Shown: one piece after another, positions 57,266 through 64,000 of the stretch | How positions within the stretch are numbered: position 1 is the first letter of the stretch | Layout of the letters: each line of letters opens with the position of its first letter | Origin: Vulcanimicrobiota bacterium | GTDB taxonomy: Bacteria; Vulcanimicrobiota; Xenobia; Xenobiales; JADMJV01 | Direction of reading: 5' to 3' | Assembly: GCA_050250895.1 (NCBI GenBank) | Contig: JBFWNU010000001.1 | Coordinates: 64,001 to 128,000, forward strand | Length of the DNA: 64,000 bases | Notes under the pieces: generated by a model | Databases searched by the model: none | Told to the model about the DNA's origin: nothing | What the model saw: the letters and a program-made list of their open reading frames with translations, nothing else | Made by a program: the position numbers and the translations under genes

Positions 57266-57612
57266 GCTGCCACACTTCCTCGATAGCGGCGCAGCTCGTC
57301 CAACAGCGAGTAGGTCTCGTAGCGTAGTCGGGGCATGATGTCCAGGGCCCGGTCGATGGCCCCGCGGCGAGCCAGTTGCTCGACCTCGTGGGCCAGACGC
57401 ACCACATCCGGGGCACAAAAGATGGCCAGCGAGCCTTTGAGCGAGTGTGCCTCAAGCCGAGAACGCGCGCTGTCCCGACTGTTGAGGGCTCGCTCGACCT
57501 CTACCAATTGCTCCGGTGCGTTCTCGAGGAAGCAGTCGATAAGATCATAGAAGAGAGCACGATCCTGGTCGAGCGAATCCAGTATCTCCTGCTCAGGTAT
57601 CCTGTATGCCAT
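57262..57612 (-). CDS. Hpt domain protein
   Basis: AHSLKGS motif; AAAGGAG RBS. Confidence 0.9.
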   Translation of the reverse strand: MAYRIPEQEILDSLDQDRALFYDLIDCFLENAPEQLVEVERALNSRDSARSRLEAHSLKGSLAIFCAPDVVRLAHEVEQLARRGAIDRALDIMPRLRYETYSLLDELRRYRGSVAA

Positions 57613-57650
57613 GGTGTCTCCTTTGAATATATGTCACTCTGCCTTTGCCA

Positions 57651-57677
57651 ATATCGGCCAGCCAGACGGGCGTTTAA
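57651..57677 (-). promoter_or_regulatory. sigma28 (FliA/SigD)-like promoter of the Hpt-kinase-GGDEF operon
   Basis: Minus strand TTAAA-N14-GCCGATAT versus consensus TAAA-N15-GCCGATAA. Confidence 0.55.
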
Positions 57678-57717
57678 TACCCCTTTAGAAAAGTAGGGAT
57701 CGCCCGATACTCACCGC

Positions 57718-59043
57718 GTGAATATCGCCATGAAGCATGAACCGGCCCGGCGCGCACGCCAACTGGCTGCCGAGCTGAACAATCTGGAATTCTTGGAAGC
57801 GAGCGGACGCGTCTGCCGGGTCACCGGAATGCTGATCGAATCCCAGGGCCCTCCTGCCGGCCTGGGCGCTCTCTGTCGGATCGACACCGGTCCCGGTCAG
57901 TCGCTGCCGGCCGAGGTCGTCGGTTTTACCGAAACTCGGGTGCTCTTGATGCCCATCGAATCTATGGGCAACATCCGTCCGGGCAGTCCGGTCACGGTCG
58001 TCTCGGAGGGCTTTCGGTTCGGCTACACGCCGGATCTGCGCGGCCGGGTTCTGGACGGGTTGGGACGACCCATCGACGGCCGGCCCCTGCCGGTCCATAC
58101 TCGCAAGGTTCCTCTCGACCGCAATCCGCCCTCGCCCCTGGAACGTCCCCCGGTCGACCAGCCGCTGACCACCGGTGTGCGGGCCATCGACGGCCTGTTG
58201 ACCCTGGGTCGCGGCCAGAGGGTCGGGCTGTTCGCCGGGAGCGGCGTGGGCAAAAGTACCTTGATGGGCATGCTGGCTCGAGGCAGCGAGGCGGACATCA
58301 ACGTCATCGCTCTTATCGGAGAACGCGGTCGCGAAGTCGGCGAGTTCGTGCATCAACACCTCGGTCCCGAGGGATTGGCCCGCTCGGTGGTGGTGGCCGC
58401 TACCTCGGATCGCTCGCCGCTGGAGCGCATCAAAGGAGCCATGCTGGCTACCGCCATCGCCGAGGCCTATCGCGACGACGGGCTCAACGTGTGCTTGATG
58501 ATGGACTCGGTCACCCGCGTGGCCATGGCTCAGCGAGAAGTCGGCCTCACCGTGGGCGAGCCTCCCACCTCGCGCGGTTACACCCCTTCGGTCTTCGCCG
58601 TCCTGCCCCGCCTGCTCGAACGGGCCGGCAACAACACCCAGGGCTCGATCACCGGAATCTATACCGTGCTGGTCGAGGGCGACGATATGAACGAGCCGGT
58701 GGCCGACACGGTGCGCGGAATCCTCGACGGCCACATCATTCTATCGCGAAGACTGGCCCACCAGAATCACTACCCGGCCATCGACATCCTCGGCAGTGTG
58801 AGCCGGGTAATGAATCAGATGGTCGTACCCGAGCACCGTCAGGCGGCCGGCCAGCTGCGGGTGCTTCTGGCGGATCTGGCCGAGGCCCGCGAGCTGTTGG
58901 CTCTGGGGGGTTATGAACGGGGCAACTCGGTCGAATTCGATCGTGCGCTGGCGGCCGAGCCGGCGCTCAACGACTTCTTGCGTCAAGACGACCCTAACCC
59001 CACAGCCTTTCCCCAGCTCGTGGCCAGGATGAGTGAGGTATAA
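57718..59043 (+). CDS. fliI: Flagellar export ATPase
   Basis: AGSGVGKST, IGERGREV, DSVTR and LDGHIILSR motifs, in a flagellar context. Confidence 0.94.
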   Translation: MNIAMKHEPARRARQLAAELNNLEFLEASGRVCRVTGMLIESQGPPAGLGALCRIDTGPGQSLPAEVVGFTETRVLLMPIESMGNIRPGSPVTVVSEGFRFGYTPDLRGRVLDGLGRPIDGRPLPVHTRKVPLDRNPPSPLERPPVDQPLTTGVRAIDGLLTLGRGQRVGLFAGSGVGKSTLMGMLARGSEADINVIALIGERGREVGEFVHQHLGPEGLARSVVVAATSDRSPLERIKGAMLATAIAEAYRDDGLNVCLMMDSVTRVAMAQREVGLTVGEPPTSRGYTPSVFAVLPRLLERAGNNTQGSITGIYTVLVEGDDMNEPVADTVRGILDGHIILSRRLAHQNHYPAIDILGSVSRVMNQMVVPEHRQAAGQLRVLLADLAEARELLALGGYERGNSVEFDRALAAEPALNDFLRQDDPNPTAFPQLVARMSEV

Positions 59044-59045
59044 CG

Positions 59046-61745
59046 ATGTTAGATTTCTCTCTTAGCGCCGGCTTTCCGGCCAGTTTCCGTCCGACCGAGG
59101 TCCAACTCCAAGCGACCCCGGGGGTGCCTTTCTCGGAGCAGCTTCTAGCCTTGTGGCAGCAATCTCAGCCCGCAACCATGCCCACTCCCGAACAAGTCGT
59201 GGCCAGTTGGGGCGTGCCGCACCCGCAGCCGTTCATTTGCCCGGCCGAGCCGGCTCTTCCGGCGCCCGCTGGCCAGCCGGTCGCTCAGGCCCACCTTCTC
59301 GCTCCCTCGCTCGAGGTCAAGCCGGCAGAGACCACCCTCGAACCGATCGAGAGCGCTCGGATCCCCGTCTTTCAAGCTGCACCCAAGCCCGTTCCCCAGC
59401 CCGCGGCGGGCCCGGTCGTGGCCCCCCCCACCCGGGCCGTGGCTTCAGACCCGATGGGCTACCAGAGGCAGCCTTCCGAGCGGCCAGCCGGAGTTCAACC
59501 CTCGTGCTCCAGCCTTCCGGTCGTAGCCCAGAGACCCACGATGACACCACCCGTTGCAACCCGGGTCGGCGCTGTCGAGACCGTGCTCGAACCGATAGCC
59601 ACCTTGCCTGTCGTGCCCAAGGAGCCACCGACCCTGGTTGGGGCCGGGCTTTCCGCGTTCGAGCCGACTCCGCCGGAGAGCCTGACCCTGGTGGCCGTCG
59701 AACACCAGCCGAGCTGGGCGCCCCGTGTTCTGAGCCCCGAGGTTCCCACCGCCTCACCCAACGAGCCCGCGCCAGACGTGCCAAGCGAGGAGCAGCCAGA
59801 ACCGGAGGAGGAGCCGGTGGCTCATCAGGTGGACCACTCTTGGGAGCCCGAGCTACCTCGGTTGGAGCAGGAGCCTGAGCAGGATGAAGGGCTCGACCCA
59901 AAACTCGCAGCCGGTTTGCCCCTTTCCCAGCCCAGCTCCGAGCTCGAGCCCGTCACGCCAGGCCCCCAGCCGACCGAAGGCCGGCCTCAGAACCTGGACG
60001 CCCAGGAGTCAACGCCGGACCACGCCCCGGCCAAGGTGCCCGGTCATGTCCCGGTGGAACGACCCGAGCCGCTCCCTCAGCCTTCCCCCCCCGAAGCGAG
60101 CGTCACCCAGACTGCTCCCAGACCTGCTCCCGAGCAAGCCCGGACCAACCCCGGCCCTGAGCGAGTGGTCCCCCTACCGGTCTTTGCTTGCGCGCCGCGG
60201 CCGCAGCCGTCCCCTGTCGACGAACTCGTGCCTGTCTATGGCGCGCGCCCGAAAATCTCGCCGACGGTGGCAGTCCCCCAGCCGGCCCCGGCGCTAAAAC
60301 CGTCGGTGGCCCCGGTGCCGGCCCAACCGACCCCCCGGGCCGGGGTCGCCAGCGAGCCTCAGCCGACCGCCAGACCGCAGCCTCAGTTGCCTGACAGCAA
60401 GCCTCGAGCCACCGTCCCTCAGCTCCCGGCGGCCGCCTTTCTCACCCCCAGGGTCGTGCCCATCCAGGTCCAGGCGATGCCACCGAGCAGCCACGAACCG
60501 ACCGCCCTGGCTATCGAACCGGTCGCACCAGCCCAGCCTTCCGCCGGGATGGTTCCGCTTGCCGACCCGGGACCGGTGCCCGTTTTCCAGCCGGCTCTAC
60601 GCCTCCAACTGGCCGCCATGACCCCTATCGGAAAGCCATCCGGCCGTCAGGCCCAGAGCCTGTCGACCTCGCAGCTTCCGGCCTCGGCCTTTCTGACCCC
60701 TCGGCCGTTTCCGATGGAGCCGCAGCCCGTCCAGCCCAGCCAGCCGTTCTCGCCGCTCCTCCTTCCTGACCAGGAGTTCTCCAAACCAGAAGTCAGCCGG
60801 GGCGAGGTCGCGATGAGCGAGCCCGGTGGCCCCACCACGAGGGTGCAGCCGGTACCGGGAAACGCTGCTCCCCCGGAGCCGCCACGACAGGGTTCCCCCC
60901 GCCCCCAAACGCCGGCCGCGGGGCCCCAAGAGCAACCGGCCTCGCAGCCGGCCTCCCAGACCCTACCGGCGCCGACCCCAGCGCTTTTGCCCCGGGAGGC
61001 GCCGACGGTCGTGATTCCACCCCGGGCTCAAACGGACCCCCAGCCCAAACAACCGGCTCCGGTCAGCCAGGACCCCGACCGATCCCCGGCCCCGGCCGCC
61101 CCCCGGCCGAGGCTGGTGATGATGGAGCAACCCGCAACGGGCGCCGCCCCGGCCCCCGCGCCGAACACCACCGAAGCCACGCCCTCTCGCCTGCCGCAAG
61201 TGTTTGAACCGGCCCTGCCGGTGAAGACCGCGCCCAGGGTCGTTCCCAAAGAAGACAAGCCAGAGCCGGCACCCGAACTCGAACTGGCTGCCGCCAGCCC
61301 CCACCGAAACGAGGGTCCCGAGTTGCCTCGCCACACCGTCCCGGTGGGCTCGGTTGGACGCTTTTTGGCCCGCGAGATCCCCCAGCACCAGCACGGTCAT
61401 ATCGAGATCGAGTTAGACCCTGATCGCCTGGGGCGTTTGCGCATCGAACTCAGGGCCTCGGATGACGGCAAGAAAATCGAAGGCGTTTTGCACGTGAGTG
61501 CCGACCACGCCCGCGACGCCCTCGAGAGCCAGATGCCCGAACTGCGCAAGGCCCTCGCCTCGCAAGGGATCGAGTTGCGCACCCAGGTGGTGGCCGACCC
61601 TTACGGACCCGGCGTGGCTGCCGATAGTAAGGGGGAAGGTCGTCAACCGCGACAGCAGTCGCAACCCGCCTCGGCGGGCCCCGACCTCGCCACCGACGAG
61701 ACGCCGGTCGCCAGCGACCAGGCGCGACGCGGACTCTATGCCTAA
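59046..61745 (+). CDS. fliK: Flagellar hook-length control protein, long Pro-rich form
   Basis: C-terminal IELDPDRLGRLRIEL...ALESQMPELRKALASQG (T3S4 domain); directly upstream of flgD. Confidence 0.85.
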   Translation: MLDFSLSAGFPASFRPTEVQLQATPGVPFSEQLLALWQQSQPATMPTPEQVVASWGVPHPQPFICPAEPALPAPAGQPVAQAHLLAPSLEVKPAETTLEPIESARIPVFQAAPKPVPQPAAGPVVAPPTRAVASDPMGYQRQPSERPAGVQPSCSSLPVVAQRPTMTPPVATRVGAVETVLEPIATLPVVPKEPPTLVGAGLSAFEPTPPESLTLVAVEHQPSWAPRVLSPEVPTASPNEPAPDVPSEEQPEPEEEPVAHQVDHSWEPELPRLEQEPEQDEGLDPKLAAGLPLSQPSSELEPVTPGPQPTEGRPQNLDAQESTPDHAPAKVPGHVPVERPEPLPQPSPPEASVTQTAPRPAPEQARTNPGPERVVPLPVFACAPRPQPSPVDELVPVYGARPKISPTVAVPQPAPALKPSVAPVPAQPTPRAGVASEPQPTARPQPQLPDSKPRATVPQLPAAAFLTPRVVPIQVQAMPPSSHEPTALAIEPVAPAQPSAGMVPLADPGPVPVFQPALRLQLAAMTPIGKPSGRQAQSLSTSQLPASAFLTPRPFPMEPQPVQPSQPFSPLLLPDQEFSKPEVSRGEVAMSEPGGPTTRVQPVPGNAAPPEPPRQGSPRPQTPAAGPQEQPASQPASQTLPAPTPALLPREAPTVVIPPRAQTDPQPKQPAPVSQDPDRSPAPAAPRPRLVMMEQPATGAAPAPAPNTTEATPSRLPQVFEPALPVKTAPRVVPKEDKPEPAPELELAAASPHRNEGPELPRHTVPVGSVGRFLAREIPQHQHGHIEIELDPDRLGRLRIELRASDDGKKIEGVLHVSADHARDALESQMPELRKALASQGIELRTQVVADPYGPGVAADSKGEGRQPRQQSQPASAGPDLATDETPVASDQARRGLYA

Positions 61746-61754
61746 GGAGGCAAC

Positions 61755-62159
61755 GTGCTCACAATCCAAAACGGGGGGGCTTCCGCCAACACCTCGGCGG
61801 CGTCGTCCTCATCCGGACTGACCAACGCCAGCCAGCGCCAGGACTTTCTCAACCTGCTGCTGGCCCAGCTGACTCAACAAGACCCGCTCGAGCCGATGGA
61901 CAACGAAAAACTGATGAGCCAGATCATCGGCATCGAGACCCTGGACCGACTGGAAGGCCTCAAACAAAGCATGGACGGCCTTACCAAGTCGAGCGCCGTA
62001 GACACCTTCGGTCTGCTCAACAAGCAAGTCGAGCTAACCGTCGATGGCAACGCCATCAAAGGAACCGTCGAGAGTATTCGCCTGAACGGCTCCGAGCCGC
62101 AGGTCGTCATTCACGGGGTGGCCCACCCCATAAGCCAAATTACCGCTGTCAAGAGCTGA
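61755..62159 (+). CDS. flgD: Flagellar hook capping protein
   Basis: DFLNLLLAQLTQQDPLEPMDN. Confidence 0.93.
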   Translation: MLTIQNGGASANTSAASSSSGLTNASQRQDFLNLLLAQLTQQDPLEPMDNEKLMSQIIGIETLDRLEGLKQSMDGLTKSSAVDTFGLLNKQVELTVDGNAIKGTVESIRLNGSEPQVVIHGVAHPISQITAVKS

Positions 62160-62170
62160 AAGGAACATCG

Positions 62171-63430
62171 ATGAGCATTGCGCTTTTTACCGCCGTGTCG
62201 GGACTGAACAACTTCCAGGGAATGCTGGATGTGGTGGCCGACAACATCTCCAACATGAACACCACCGGCTTCAAAGCCAGCCGGGTCAACTTTCAATCGC
62301 TGATGAGCGAGACCCATCTGCCGGCAGCCGCCCCGCGCGGCGAGATGGGGGGACGCAACCCCATCCAGACGGGTCTGGGTAGCACCGTCGGCTCCATCGA
62401 CCGCGTCTTTCGCCAGGGCGCTCTCGAGCAAACCGGTAGCAACACCGACCTGGCCATCACCGGCGACGGCTTTTTCATCGTCCAGGACGGTAGCATCAAC
62501 ACCTACACCCGCAACGGCCACTTTACCGTCGATACGGCGGGCGACCTGGTCGATTCGCAGGGCCACTACGTGCAGGGTTGGCAGGCGACCGACGGTCTGG
62601 TCGACCCCAATGGCCAGCTCGGCAAGGTCAACATTCCCCTGGGTGAACAGATGATTGCCAAGGTCACCGAGAACGTCAGAATGGCCGGCAACCTGGATGC
62701 CTCCTCGGGCGTCTACAGCCCCGGCCCCCCGGCTACGGGCGGCCAGTACACCACCGAGATGACCGTCTATGACGACATCGGCGGCGCCTACAAGGTCCCG
62801 GTCACCTTTACCCGGGTGACTCCGGGTGCGGGCGTGGCCGCCGCCTGGGATTGGACCGCCGACTTCGGTGGCACCAACGTCGGCTCGGGAACGGTGGCCT
62901 TCGACGCCAACGGCCTCTATGACCCCGCCAACTCGACCGGCACCTCCGTCAGCCTCACCCCCACCAACAGCGCCAACCCCTTTACGGTCGACCTGGACTT
63001 TGGCGGGATGACCCAGTTTGTCACCAACGGCGAATATAGCGTGCTGCCAGCCAGCCAGGACGGCTTTCCGGCTGGCACTCTGCTGTCGTTTGACATCGAC
63101 CAGCAGGGGATCATCACAGGCCGCTTCACCAACGGCCAGCTGCGGTCTATCGGCCAGGTGGGCATGGCCTTCTTCGCTAATCCCAAGGGCCTGCAGGGCT
63201 CCGACGGGGGTCGATTCCTCGAGTCGGCCAACAGCGGCGTGGCTCAGGTCGGAGTGCCCGGTTCGGGTCCGCGCGGCTCGCTCAACCCCGGCTCGCTCGA
63301 GATGTCCAACGTCGATCTGACCGGCGAGTTCTCGAAGATGATTCTGGCCCAGCGCGCCTTCCAGGCGAACTCCAAAGTCATCACGACGATGGACGAGATT
63401 TTGAACGAAGTGAACAATCTTAAGAGATAG
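62171..63430 (+). CDS. flgE: Flagellar hook protein
   Basis: NISNMNTTGFK, DLAITGDGFF, YTRNG and LEMSNVDL..AQRAFQANSK motifs. Confidence 0.95.
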   Translation: MSIALFTAVSGLNNFQGMLDVVADNISNMNTTGFKASRVNFQSLMSETHLPAAAPRGEMGGRNPIQTGLGSTVGSIDRVFRQGALEQTGSNTDLAITGDGFFIVQDGSINTYTRNGHFTVDTAGDLVDSQGHYVQGWQATDGLVDPNGQLGKVNIPLGEQMIAKVTENVRMAGNLDASSGVYSPGPPATGGQYTTEMTVYDDIGGAYKVPVTFTRVTPGAGVAAAWDWTADFGGTNVGSGTVAFDANGLYDPANSTGTSVSLTPTNSANPFTVDLDFGGMTQFVTNGEYSVLPASQDGFPAGTLLSFDIDQQGIITGRFTNGQLRSIGQVGMAFFANPKGLQGSDGGRFLESANSGVAQVGVPGSGPRGSLNPGSLEMSNVDLTGEFSKMILAQRAFQANSKVITTMDEILNEVNNLKR

Positions 63431-64000
63431 ATGAACTTCTTAAGTCTCTGGAAAAGGCTCGACATTGCTCCCCTGGTGGGTTTTGCCCTGGGGGGGCTTT
63501 GTATTGCCTGGACCCTGATGGGCGAAGGGGGGAAGCTATCGGCCTTCGTCTCGACTCACGCCTTTCTGGTCGTGGTGGGAGGCAGCTTCGGCGCCTCTCT
63601 GGTGGCCATCCGCTCCCAGGACGTGGCCTCGCTGTTGAGGGTTCTGCCTGCCCTTTTGGGCACCGACAGCGAGGCTCGTCAGCGGCTGGCCACCTATCTC
63701 ATCGGCTGCGCGCGCGTAGCCCGCAACGAGAGCCACCTGCGCCTCGAGGCGTCGGTCGACAAAGCCGAAGAACCGGCCCTCGGCCGCGGCCTGCAACTTC
63801 TGGTCGACGGCCTGGGCGGGGACTTCATCAGCCAGGTCTTCGAACTCGAGAAAGAGCGGGAGCGCAAGATCTATCAGGCAGCCGAGAAATTCTTCGACAG
63901 CCTGGGAGGCTTCTGCCCGACCTTCGGCATCGTGGGCACGGTGATGAGCCTGGTGGGCGTGCTGGGTCACCTCAACCGACCAGAAATGCTGGCCCAGGGA
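63431..64000 (+). CDS. motA: Flagellar stator protein MotA (5' partial; runs off the window)
   Basis: ATG 63431: MNFLSLWKRLDIAPLVGFALGG...AFLVVVGGSFGA...GLQLLVDG...GGFCPTFGIVGTVMSLV. Absent from the ORF track because there is no stop. Confidence 0.88.
   Translation, partial: MNFLSLWKRLDIAPLVGFALGGLCIAWTLMGEGGKLSAFVSTHAFLVVVGGSFGASLVAIRSQDVASLLRVLPALLGTDSEARQRLATYLIGCARVARNESHLRLEASVDKAEEPALGRGLQLLVDGLGGDFISQVFELEKERERKIYQAAEKFFDSLGGFCPTFGIVGTVMSLVGVLGHLNRPEMLAQG

Noticed and set aside
63536-63970. Minus-strand 144-aa ORF
   Set aside because: Antisense shadow of motA.

Overview
GC-rich bacterial chromosomal window, mostly housekeeping genes: cdaA-cdaR-glmM, speD-speE, gloB, rpsT, psuG/hutI/ftcD, thrB-tilS-ftsH, hemW, hpt, rplJ-rplL with an L10 leader, trxA, an Hpt/hybrid kinase/GGDEF operon and the start of a flagellar operon (fliI-fliK-flgD-flgE-motA). 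Features missed by the ORF track are the most interesting. (1) A ~1.15 kb, hairpin-dense unit with no credible ORF at ~50854-52007, bounded by a near-consensus sigma70 promoter and a strong intrinsic terminator, looks like a giant structured ncRNA that I cannot assign to a known class. (2) Two genes have in-frame TGA codons followed by SECIS-like hairpins: an ArsC/Spx-like UxxC protein (23981-24307) and an FGE/SUMF1-domain lipoprotein whose C-terminal GFR motif exists only after read-through (36440-37162). (3) A 6S RNA lies divergent from rpsT. Also notable: a eukaryote-type glutathione synthetase, a BpsA-SpeE fusion and several structured tandem-repeat arrays. All calls come from reading the sequence; no database searches were run.
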